Shown here: positions 22,901 to 32,218 of the stretch, in pieces
How the letters are laid out: every line of letters starts with the position of its first letter
How positions within the stretch are numbered: position 1 is the first letter of the stretch
From: Sporopachydermia quercuum
Taxonomy: Eukaryota
Reading direction: 5' to 3'
Length of the DNA stretch: 64,000 nucleotides
Assembly (NCBI GenBank): GCA_001599295.1
Contig: BCGN01000005.1
Coordinates: 62,001-126,000, forward strand
Translations under genes and position numbers: made by a program
The notes under the pieces: generated by a model
Seen by the model: only the letters and a program-made list of their open reading frames with translations
Databases searched by the model: none
What the model was told of the DNA's origin: nothing

Positions 22901-23972
22901 TACTACATTTCTTCATTTCATTGAAAAAGTCATAAGGAATAACTTCCCGGAAATTGGTTCAATCTGCGAAGAATTGAAACCAATAATAGATGTGTCTTCC
23001 TGGTCAATTGATTATATTTTCAAGGAAATATCTGCTTTACAGTCAGCTGTTAATGCGCTGCAGTCAACAAGGAAGAATGGGAACTTGAAAGATAGCAATC
23101 GGACTACGATTCATCCTGATGATAGAATTTTGTTATTAATTGATAGACAGTTGAGTAATATAGTTAGTAAGATGGAAGAGTTGAATGGCAGTAAAGTAAA
23201 AGTTGAAAACGGCTTGAAAGAATTAATGGCTAGCTATGGAGAAGATTATGACGACGTTGATAGAAGAGATGGGTTCTTTGGTAAGATTGGAATGTTTGTT
23301 ATTCAATTTGAACGAGTTCATGTTGAAAATATTACCAGGGAAGAAGAAGAACGAATATACAACAGGAGAAAGAAGATGTTAGAAAAGGGTAGAGTCAAAA
23401 CTACTAAAAGCGACAATAAGAGCCAAAGGGAGAAAATTGTTGATAGTGCTGATAATAACAATGGTACTGGTAATACTGTTGGTAACACTCCTAATAGTAC
23501 TAAGACTTCTGATACTTCTGGCGGCTTTCCTGAAGAGTTGCAAAGCGAGGAATCTACTAGTTTTAATGATAAATCAGGAGAATCAAGTCTGAATATTGAT
23601 AATGAGCCAATGACTAATTCAGCAATTGATAAATTGTTAGAGAAGTTGAAAGCCAGCCCTATCAAATCACGGAAAAGATCTTATACTATAACTTCCGATT
23701 TATTTGCTAGAGGGGGCGGTTCTGGTGATCGTCGGAAGAGTATTGTTTTCGGCAACGATGATTACGGATCAGATGAAGAGGGGAACTCTGAAGACGGTGA
23801 TGCTGGTGATGGTGATGATATGCCTGGAAGTGATTATGAATATGGGAAATATGGAAATGAAGAAGATAATAATAATCTTAATAATATAGGTAGTTTGAAC
23901 GATGCAACAGAAGAGTTAGATGTGGGAATAAGAGCTCGCGAGATGCTTGCACAGTTAACCGATGATACGTAA
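16902..23972 (+). CDS. Formin (Bni1/Bnr1/SepA family), 2356 aa: GBD/FH3, FH1, FH2, DAD
   Basis: PEWYVRKL and FIQAQGQMALAKVL (GBD/FH3); polyproline FH1 at about 21684-21800; KKLKQMHWDKL, QFGINFH and GNYMND...GFKLDTLQRL (FH2); IDKLLEKLK plus basic residues (DAD). Confidence 0.95.
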   Translation: MEQSNDLGSLKKELVDSFEILLATVEPDEKSIRNVQYVNNIISGVNSTSSLGSDAVTNNKENSEEEEGTGNSDSLTSSEENKEKIFNSIPRNPNEKSPSVTNENTRARSSSLRNEFSKSLVDAAFTYDNYRSPEKPNKWPDNRNEPLTPKTPPRRSTSGRNLATFTNTTPIPKPMRLAPSLIKVSPFKGKVSPLRLSPNKDSMASPTKPPGEENVLVAVRYEEMSSSHEEPIVVMKLPKVNSKEATIGKQNQNSTTGKKSSTGITAGAPSSSAKRRAKDPHIDTQFVALSYDSVSKATNKPLIVDQLPLNEPVNNSNSNKAGPASNSNKSKRNSFIVPDILPSASTANISTPTTPRTPSDSTFSLSSPIRSNTWDTGTTTTTASTANNTGFQMHHRRGSSIAENNSISGKEYCRSSSNVSIDGRASIISNGSSSTVGSKASGNSNSGVPTGGSGTGFSIGFGGSPGKGNSSRLVSSKGKRKSIIAAANSIVSPIRKRKGTNNDNISNSNNNIVNTVNSSTASSTSSSASIVSTTGVTLSTIHSFTGSPYTSSPVPNRGPFKQSARASKAIKSVKQSNKSSKAAKSTSRHLPEWYVRKLINNTLTVKQYHSLFYHLNHESNFQWNLQFIQAQGQMALAKVLMSLLVLKFKNNDQLEEELCIMKCLKATVNLQQGADFALGIKGNGDNSLPTGTLGTSLSPTETRTPATTSASLVPSAPSTPNIIISSVAAALVSPRFEICLYATEILTFLCYWKSPLGQLTVRNAIERLTITYRLLSDNTSAHPATRPMSVISSFEPWLKAVEQFLRSRGVLGSLVNSSKEYRDLGNLRQEELTEYILTTMFLVTALTARPNGDPGSDDISLLKERLMVRSALKAGGLERVLMLTKELGNDLINKQIGLYEEGSMQDLVELLKGNGHLEAEEEGDEEELELEGSEDKETFGYDDSSIYESLYELSGTANGLRREIISSPTGNTVSSPPVLIAERASATEGTKAHMRSHSKPLSVSGSSIKPPAISNDSLTNPVAIVEEILSKTQYTIYKQQFIACLYQFFIMANELTAXNTTSATSSTGGXNGKSFEAIELILSQMTSDMIKYSSIMKYNNNSNHFDQIPGTIGYTINKVIAQLEKNSNSKDNINNATASAKADVNSANNITVFNGRIEIMEKEIKELEKQREELIDYLCRKSKNINNNNAIVDAYADDMFINKLKLGRSKNGYSNDSFGDSNMNGHSRYDAQSIMEGNFESIDSYKGLIDTIDDYTNNANNENNVASSSVSSLVPFLIERLNIYKAKVSALTETVKQLQGKVNSQMNFDDSNISAVNSATSTMNPDGSNTFSSISDYGGTIIYEKNAEDMTVYYDRSFEANLIDADYTNEGKAANYDHQDSNYASNYTNYHQRVLPDDWLNSLRSNTDKDNRDSPSGSINTTADDSTKDGKLKSRSTTLLTSTTPSLKYPDSITGVPDINNGNLASTEPLQLKEGIIKTSGIDLMNTSAISLTDFINSTIVSTPTSPLITSGGKAGTGGAFPVDYDRDGGNDDVLLTSTPPDSPVEGSIEGGERDSVVGEGKKAETEIEHSKSEVSVGGSVGDTTATELNSQTVPPPPPPPPLPPPPAPPLPPALPGQTGMPLPPSPPPLPPAFSNGSSGEAMSSAAPSTFTQMIPVPSKKLKQMHWDKLQNVSNTFWSENTDKAIELSKKLEEKGIYSQLEDLFPAAVTNSAGMVFTPGGNYATGIVNTESASGSSAGGRVASAGSGTRLASRSNSTTLKPVPPVVISFLPRDICHQFGINFHKYSNMDIEELIKKILRCDKDIIENGNIMKFLSSEEFVNLSMNLKKKFESFDKNKKLATGTGDXDMNMSDRNTTAEGIXIVISPENDPSLLDRPERVFFELSFKLQRYWNSRVRSLQTLITFNNNYKELTASLNQINRAIAALNDSSNFRSLLTLILTMGNYMNDSNKRSVGFKLDTLQRLTYVKARTNNRNNNRDGSSSINNNSNGGSSNISTASATTFLHFIEKVIRNNFPEIGSICEELKPIIDVSSWSIDYIFKEISALQSAVNALQSTRKNGNLKDSNRTTIHPDDRILLLIDRQLSNIVSKMEELNGSKVKVENGLKELMASYGEDYDDVDRRDGFFGKIGMFVIQFERVHVENITREEEERIYNRRKKMLEKGRVKTTKSDNKSQREKIVDSADNNNGTGNTVGNTPNSTKTSDTSGGFPEELQSEESTSFNDKSGESSLNIDNEPMTNSAIDKLLEKLKASPIKSRKRSYTITSDLFARGGGSGDRRKSIVFGNDDYGSDEEGNSEDGDAGDGDDMPGSDYEYGKYGNEEDNNNLNNIGSLNDATEELDVGIRAREMLAQLTDDT

Positions 23973-26900
23973 AAAGATGGATTGAGTATATACATTTGGG
24001 ATTATGATAGCATTTATATAAATTTAAGCAAAGAAAGCTTGCATGAACAGGTAAAACTCTTACAAACTTGTAAAGATATGTATTTCGATCTGGAAGTGGA
24101 AGGTAATCAAAAAATAATGCAAGTCATTGACTGACTGACTGATTGAAGTTTGAGGCTAAATCGGTAGATAATACGCTGGCTGAATAATCCTCACTGAAAC
24201 TGGTAGAGGTATTGCCATACAATGTTAAACTCCTTTTCATGAAATGAGTTGTAGTCTGAAGCCTTTGCCTTAAATCAAGCAAATCAACTCAAATAGTGAA
24301 TGCAACCACTTCTTTTATCCCAGGCTTCCAAGTTTGAGCAACTCCTTAAGTTAAACATTCAAAACTTGATGCTCCGGAGAAAGTTAATATTAATGTTGAG
24401 TTTTATACGTAAATATTAACTTTAAAGTTAAATTTAGCACTTCCTAAACAATTTTAAGAATGCTTGAAAAAGTGGAGAACTGTGAAAAAGTTTTCTTAGA
24501 CCTTCATAGAAGGTGATTGAAAGCCATTTATCAAATACCGTTAATGTTGAAAAAACTGTAGGCCCAATTATATGTAATATAAGCTTTAACACTTATTGAA
24601 TCCACTATATTAATTCTGTATTGGAAAAAAGATAGAGCTGAGATGTTCTTACCAATTGTTTGTTCAATCTATCCCTTCTCAATCTCCAAGTAAAGTTGGG
24701 TGGTGACAAACGGGGATCTCCAGAAGCCGTAAGGCTTTCATGATTATAAGAATTGTTGATTGTTTGAAGTAAAAAGAAAGAAAAAAAAATTATTTTCAAT
24801 GGAAACTATAAATAATGAAATGTCATTGAAATAGTAATAATGAATACGANTATTATGCTTTTCTCGGTGAAATAGCAGTTGAATCAATAGATACTTTTTC
24901 CGAGCAGGGTAGGGCAAAAATGAAATGAAGCATAAATGACTGCAAGCTGTGCTAAGAATAAGAAAGAGCCCTTTAACGAGAAAACATATTTTAGTGCCGT
25001 AGAGGGACAAAATCGAATATCCAAGAGAATCTGCTATGAAGATCAAGATACTTCTAGAATTTGTTATCCCTACAAAAGTTTTCAATTACTATAACTTCTT
25101 TTTATAAGTAGTGCTTGTCATATTTTTTTGGTTGTCGGCAGTTTATGATTGCTTGCATTAATTATATTCATAGACAAACCCTTCGCCTATCTTGGAATCT
25201 TGGATAAATAATGAACTAGTTGTGTCATTGAGAATCATTGCATATGAATGTACGACCAGTGGTACCCTTTGAGGAGATAAAAATTGATCCACTGTTTGGG
25301 TACTTTGACTGAATTGAAACTAACTATTCAATCAACTTGCTGAAAATCCCAGAGTAGAGTTTAGGTCATCAAATGTAAAGAAATTCATTTTCATACGGCT
25401 CAAACAAGAAATGAAAATGCTTTAAAGTTTAAGTTAGAACCTTATTAGTTTATCTAAAACTTTATTTTGCAAAAGAAGAACTGTAAAACTATCGAAGATT
25501 GTCAGAATTAACAGAATAAGATCTGGCGAAACAAAAAAAGTTTTCATATTTGTTCCACTCCTATTCTAATTTGTATCAGGCTCTACTACTAGTTTATTTA
25601 CTGCTTTATCCACTATCTTATCTACCTGTATGGGCTTGGCTTTTAGAATAGATAGTTCTCTCTCTTGGCTTAATCCAAACTAGGTTCAACAACCTTACAT
25701 CCGAAGTTTCTAAACTATATTTGCTTACCTGTACCGATACTGATAGCGGTGGATAAGGTGATGAGGCCAACTGCCTTTATCAAGTTGAGTGTGCTTGTTG
25801 TACTGAAAACGAAATATTCGAACTGTGATCTGTCAAAAGCTAGACAATAGTGGGAAAATGTTATTAGTTCTAGAAGAAGATGCAATGCTTTCCATAGCAA
25901 TCAGGTCCCATGTATTATTTTTTCATTCCTGCTTTATTTCTCTGAATGGCTTCTTCACAGAATGAAGCTTCGAGTGAATAATTGTAGAGAAGGGTAGAAA
26001 ATGAATAAAAACGGCATACATTATCTCACTATACTTATCATTCATTCGAAGCAAGAAAAATGGATTTCTAGTTGATAGCTACTTTAGCTACACAACTCCA
26101 ACACTAGACCTATTATTGCTCTCTAACACAGGTATTAGCCCTATTGTTTCCTTTACTAAAAGATGTAAAGGACAGTTAATAGAATACTCAATGCAATCTT
26201 TGCAAGTTTTTCCGAAACATTAAAGATTANCATGTCAATTAAAATATGGTGATTTATTTGAAGACCGAGTTGAGAATATACCTAAAAAAAAAATTGTGCA
26301 TTATCCTTGCATGCACTGAGCAATTGAGATAGTACGTAGATTATTCAGTGGTTGAATAATTCGATGAGCATGTAGTAGTATGTGTAGTGCGGTGATAAGG
26401 TTTGACTTCAACTCTGCAATAAAAATTTCCAAACTTTAACTGTATACGTAAATAATACGAGAAATGTTCCAAGTTTGTTCGCTTGACTGTTGTTTGAACA
26501 GTGTGATACCCAATTCTCTCGTTAACCTTCCTTGAAAACACATTATTGCAGGGGTTCCTTCAAATCTTCAAGAAACCCTTATTTTGAACTCCTGAAATAC
26601 TTATTGTTCTGTTTTTACCAATAATTACTTGGCCCCTCCTGTCGTGTACTTAGATCTTCGATACCGAACTTAATTTAAAGTTTATACCTAAAAATTAACA
26701 TAATGACGATATGATCTTAAGCTTCAGGGCTAATACTTATCTCTTCTAGTTCGAGCTTGACCGTACTTACAATTACCAATAACTATGATACCTACCTACA
26801 TCTTTATTATCATGATAGTGTTGCAACCATCTGAGCATTTTGAATTGGAAAGTTACCCATCATGTATGTTATCTCTGAAGCGAGTTCTGTAGAATTTTCA

Positions 26901-28287
26901 ATGCGGCTTTCTTTCTTTTTTTTTAAACATGTTTATGTTAACGGTAAGCAAGTGAGCAAGTAGAAGGACCAATATCTGACAACTGATAGATAGACATGGA
27001 TGTACTGTGCAACCAGGATCAATGGATTATTTTAAAGCTCTCTTATATTCTTATTGCATAGACTCGGAGTCGGAATTTAGTGGGTTTAGTACTGTGATCA
27101 TAATTGTATGAATTTTATGAATTGGTTGACTAGTACAGAAACTTACTATAAAAGGACAGTTGTGTGTTTTATAGGACAATATGGCTCATGACACTTTATA
27201 CAGGAAATCAACTGCATCAGCAGTATTCATTCAAACAGTTAAAAGAACCCATAAGTGGAGCGACCGTGTGTTGTATGTTACTACATGACATATTACTTTA
27301 GATTAAGTTATTTCTATCAACATACGATCGATGTAAAAGTAAGACATTGCAATCAATTCTGAGATAAAGTAATACGCTACTGGTTACTGGTAGTTGTTAT
27401 TATAGAATCATTAACTCCTTTAATATCCCAATTGTTTATCATGTAACAACCTCAGTTCAAGTTCAACCAATCCAAAGAAATAGTGTAAGTAGCTTGAACC
27501 TCCAGTTGATAATCCCAACTATTTGGTATACTACGTAATCCCTTCAATGCTCGTATTCCCTTGAAATAATTATATTCTCACTCTCTTTAAACAATGCTAC
27601 CCTCACCTCAACTATTCCTTCAATTCAGTTCTATCATAATATCATAATATAACTAAATAAATAACTTAATTCACTTACTATAGCGCATTGTTCTTCTATC
27701 CTGTGAAGACCAATTCACCTTAATTCCCTTAAAGATATATATTTATTGTTATTTAAGAATGTTCCATCATTCTCCCCATCTCATCACATATTCATTTGCC
27801 TTCAGTACACAACCTCTTTTCTATGATTTAATTGCAGCCAGCCAGATCATTATTCCTTATCACCTCCTATCTATCATATCAGTACCTGCCTATCACCCAG
27901 ACATTTCTATGAGACTTGCAATAAGCAACCAACCAAGAGAAGAAATAAAATGCCTCGAACAAGCACTAATTTAAGGATATTTCAGTATTCGGCATTACGT
28001 ACATGCAATAAAGTTGAAAAGTTCCTCGCATTTGCCTTACAAAAACAGTTTCAAATTTTATATTAAGGTTTCTTTCCAATTCTAACTCTATCCCGAATTT
28101 GGTCTCTGAAGCTAAAAAGTACATCGCTTGATGTGATCTAATTGAATGCTTTCATGGTGAAATACAAATCCCTTTAATAGCTCCAGTTTGCCTGTTTTCA
28201 GAGTTGTTTCTTAGGATCCTGAACTAAATTAAATGGAATATATGAATATTTAATTCTGTTAAATTTGATCCTTCATAATAATACTTG

Positions 28288-28490
28288 GATAAGTATATCA
28301 TATATCCANTCTTATTAACACGACAAGTTATTCTTTTCGCTCTTAATTGTTATTGGTTGTTTACTGTTAGGTAGTAATCTTTAAATGATCCTGCAGATAA
28401 GGTAATCAAGTTCCCAGAATCAAAAGAATTTTCAAATAACAATATCACTAAAGCTAACGAAGGAAGCAGAACTCGAAGGTGANCGATAAG
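28288..28490 (+). promoter_or_regulatory. Three GATAAG motifs (possible nitrogen-responsive GATA sites) just upstream of the permease
   Basis: GATAAG at 28288, 28396 and 28485. They may lie within the 5' UTR. Confidence 0.3.
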
Positions 28491-28503
28491 AAGATCAACA
28501 ACA

Positions 28504-30177
28504 ATGACGGATATTATTAATCCAGACATTGAGAAGGCTTATTCTCAAAGCGACAACGAGAAAGAGAAGTCAGCCAAATCACTTGACGATGCATCATCGA
28601 AGGAGATCACGGAAACCGTGATTGGTAACGTTGTTTTAGAAGAAGGTAAAATTGAAAGACAACTGAAACCAAGACAAGTTGCAATGATTGCTCTCGGTGG
28701 TACTATTGGCACCGGTTTATTCATTAGTACTGGTTCTGCACTTTCTGAAGCTGGACCTGTGAACATGTTTATTGCTTTCGCATTTATGGGTACTATTGTT
28801 TATGGTGTTATTCAATCATTGGGTGAAATGGCAACTTTTATTCCCGTCACTGGTTCTTTCGCCGCGTTTACCAGTAGATATATTTCAAGAGCTTTTGGTG
28901 CAGCTAACGGTTGGTTGTATTGGTTCACTTGGGCTATTACTTTTGCTATTGAATTGGATGCTGTTGGATTAGTTATTATGTATTGGACTGATGCTGTTCC
29001 TCATGAAGCTTGGATTGGGATTTTCTTTGTTATTTTAACAGGAATCAACTTTTTCCCTGTTCGATTTTACGGTGAAATTGAATTCTGGATTGCTTCTATC
29101 AAAGTCATTGCAATTGTTGGTTGGATTCTTTATGCCCTATGTATGGTATGCGGTGCCGGGGAACAAGGACCCATTGGTTTCAGATACTGGAGAAATCCTG
29201 GTCCATGGGGTCCTGGTATTTTAGTATCTAATATAGATACTGCTAGATTTTTGGGTTGGTTAGATTCTCTCATCAGTGCTGCATTTACTTATCAGGGAAC
29301 TGAATTAGTTGGTATTACAGCTGGTGAGGCCAAGAATCCAAGAAAGACTGTTCCTTCTGCAATTAACAAGGTGTTTTATCGTATTTTGATTTTCTATTTA
29401 GGAAGTATTTTCTTCATGGGTTTATTGGTTCCATACAATGATCCAGCTTTAGAAAGTAGTGAAAGTTTTGTTTCAGCCTCTCCCTTTATTATTGCTATTC
29501 TCAATTGCCAAACTCCTGTTCTTCCTGATATTTTTAATGCTGTCATTCTATCTACTATTATTTCTGCTGGTAATTCCAATGTTTACATTGGTTCCAGAAT
29601 TCTTTATGCTATGGCAGAAAGTGGTATTGCTCCAAAGGCATTTATGATGACTACCAAACACGGTGTACCAATTTTTGGGGTTATTTTAACTGCGATATTT
29701 GGTTTGTTGGCATTCATGTCTGCTTCCAGTGGAGCTTATGAAGTGTTCAACTGGTTGATCAATATTACTGCTGTCGGAGGATTAATTGCTTGGGCTTTGA
29801 TTGCTTTCTCTCACATCAGATTTATGAAAGCTTTAGATGCACAAGGATATCGCAGAGAAGACTTACCATTCAGAGCGTTATGGGCACCATATTTAGCATG
29901 GTATGCATTTGTTGCCATTGTTATTATCACCTTCATTCAAGGTTTCTCAGCATTTTTCGACTTCACAGCTGAAAAGTTCTTCGTTGCCTACGTCTCATTG
30001 ATTTTATTTGTTGTATTATACCTTTTCTTTGCATTTGTTATTTATAGGCACGATCCTTGGTACAGGAAGGCTGAAGATATCGATTTGATAACCAATAGAA
30101 GGGAAATTGATGAGGAAGTGTGGATTGAAGAACCAGCAAAGAATCTATGGGATAAGCTCTGGTTGATCTTAGCTTAA
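28504..30177 (+). CDS. Basic amino-acid permease, YAT family (Can1/Lyp1/Alp1 type), 557 aa
   Basis: MIALGGTIGTGLF, YGEIEFWIASIKV, GPIGFRYWRNPGPWGPG, AFTYQGTELVGITAGEAKNP; many hydrophobic spans. Confidence 0.93.
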   Translation: MTDIINPDIEKAYSQSDNEKEKSAKSLDDASSKEITETVIGNVVLEEGKIERQLKPRQVAMIALGGTIGTGLFISTGSALSEAGPVNMFIAFAFMGTIVYGVIQSLGEMATFIPVTGSFAAFTSRYISRAFGAANGWLYWFTWAITFAIELDAVGLVIMYWTDAVPHEAWIGIFFVILTGINFFPVRFYGEIEFWIASIKVIAIVGWILYALCMVCGAGEQGPIGFRYWRNPGPWGPGILVSNIDTARFLGWLDSLISAAFTYQGTELVGITAGEAKNPRKTVPSAINKVFYRILIFYLGSIFFMGLLVPYNDPALESSESFVSASPFIIAILNCQTPVLPDIFNAVILSTIISAGNSNVYIGSRILYAMAESGIAPKAFMMTTKHGVPIFGVILTAIFGLLAFMSASSGAYEVFNWLINITAVGGLIAWALIAFSHIRFMKALDAQGYRREDLPFRALWAPYLAWYAFVAIVIITFIQGFSAFFDFTAEKFFVAYVSLILFVVLYLFFAFVIYRHDPWYRKAEDIDLITNRREIDEEVWIEEPAKNLWDKLWLILA

Positions 30178-30467
30178 AAGATTAGTTGGTGTGCGATCTA
30201 TGCAGTATGATTCATATTTGGTTGTTCCTCTATTATTTATTTTGTCATTGCTTTTTCATTTCAATTAATGTTTCATAATTTATATTTACTTAGTACAATC
30301 ATTTATTTGTAAATATTTCATGTACTATGAGTGAACATAGCAGACTGTAGTTATCCATCAACTTGCAAATGATAAAAATGATGTAAAGGACCACTTGCTT
30401 TCTCTTTTCTTTTAGAGCAGTTCATCTCTTAGCGAGGAGATAATTTCCAACATAAATTCATAATCCG

Positions 30468-31292
30468 TCAAAAGAACTTCATTATGCTATGATAATTGGC
30501 ATTTATTATTTTTTGTTTCTGTTGTTGAAACAATGCTTCCTTGTTCATGCCATCGGTGATAGTTGGTAGCATATAATCTTGTAAGTAATCCCAATCGTCT
30601 AATAACGAACTGTGAAAACTTCTTTTCCTGCGGTTAGTACTACTTCTAAGTATTTCGTTATTTACGCCTAACTCTCCCAATAGATCAATCACTTTTCTAA
30701 ACTGCTTCAATTCTACAGCTTTGCTCTCGCTTTTTCTTCGATATCCTATAAACAGAACACCAGATCTTGTTAATTGAAGTTCATTTGTAAGTTCATTTAA
30801 CTGTAGATCTAATCCGTCAATCTCATTACCAATAGTGTATTCGACTAGTCTTCTCCTAATATCTCTTTCGTCATCCATTGGAAATAAGAATTGTAGTTGC
30901 TCTTTATATTCATTAATGCTTAAATTTTCCAAATGCCTTATTGTTTCTTTCCATTCTTTGAACTTGTGAACAAGTTTGCTGATGTATCTTATTGTCTGCT
31001 GGGTAGACCACTCAATCTCTTCTTCTACCAGTATACCGTTTACTTCATTGTGCTGCTGCTCGATTGATAATGCTGCCTGAGATTTGCTTATTCTACTGAA
31101 AACTAGTTCTGCTTGTACTTTTTCTGCGGAGTGTCTTTTCAATTTGACCTTTCCGTGGTTTTTATTGCTTTCAGCTCTCGCGTTGTTGTTGTTGACATTA
31201 TCATGTATTGGAAGCCACTTTTGGGCTTTTGCAATGGAGATAGAGTCTTCTGATGCTGAAGGAGAGTAGTTGAAACCTTGCGACAAGTTCAT
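30468..31292 (-). CDS. Hypothetical protein, 274 aa, probably helical/coiled-coil
   Basis: ATG-initiated 825-nt ORF in AT-rich DNA with plausible composition. No motif recognised. Confidence 0.65.
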   Translation of the reverse strand: MNLSQGFNYSPSASEDSISIAKAQKWLPIHDNVNNNNARAESNKNHGKVKLKRHSAEKVQAELVFSRISKSQAALSIEQQHNEVNGILVEEEIEWSTQQTIRYISKLVHKFKEWKETIRHLENLSINEYKEQLQFLFPMDDERDIRRRLVEYTIGNEIDGLDLQLNELTNELQLTRSGVLFIGYRRKSESKAVELKQFRKVIDLLGELGVNNEILRSSTNRRKRSFHSSLLDDWDYLQDYMLPTITDGMNKEALFQQQKQKIINANYHSIMKFF

Positions 31293-32218
31293 ACTGACAG
31301 CTTTACTTTCTTTCGTGGCTTGCCTTCAAGACTGGTGACGCTGTTATTAGATTCTATAATTTTATTATTGTTCTGATATATAGTGTCCAATGGCTGTATT
31401 TATGTATGGTTAGAGATGACAGTTGAGTGATAGAGATTCAGTTCACTCATTTGATTTAATGGCTCTGCTCTCCTTACTAACCAATCAGATAAGTATCCTA
31501 ATCAGTTCGAAGTGCACATCTTCATATACATATAGCTTTATTGTTTCTTCAATATTATAACTACAATCAATCATTAGGAGGAAACGAAAATGCTAACAAA
31601 AACGCGTAGTTGCTTATCGCTCATGATAGTAATAATAGCGGAGAAGATTATTTGTAATGGGTAATTTTAAGTTTCTGGTGTAACTTGTATTATCACAAAT
31701 TAGTCTGGATGATTTTACAAATACATTACAACGATGTTGGCAAATCCGGTGTAATATAGTGATTTGCCTATCTATTGATGATGACTGATACTGGAAAATA
31801 ATATAATACAATACAGAATAGAATAGAAAAAGTGCTTTTGCTCTTTTTGTTCATAGCTATTGTTGAACAGATATACGCTTAGTTGCTTATTAATTGGTAT
31901 GTAATGTAAATTGGCTTCCAAGTACAAGCAATAAAATTAATAGTATCGTATGTATGAGAAAAATGAGATTGATAAAAACAACCAGTCGATATTATGGAGG
32001 AATAAAAAAAACATACTCAATAATGATACAAGATAATACCGACAGTAGGAATATCCCCGTTTAGTTTAAACCATAGATGTCAACAATTTAATTACTTTAG
32101 TTGATGGCTATATTCTATACAAAATTTGATATCAAAGAAAAGCATATGAAAACCACTATGTGATCAAAACACCACTAACACTATACAACCATANTACGAC
32201 TATATTCCAAGGGTTAGT

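Noticed and set aside
24723..24738. GAAGCC-GTAA-GGCTTT GNRA hairpin as part of a ribozyme
   Set aside because: Isolated 5-6 bp stem with no hammerhead or other catalytic core around it.
25757..25810. GTGATGA...CTGA as a C/D box snoRNA
   Set aside because: Boxes only about 45 nt apart, no terminal stem, no verifiable rRNA guide.
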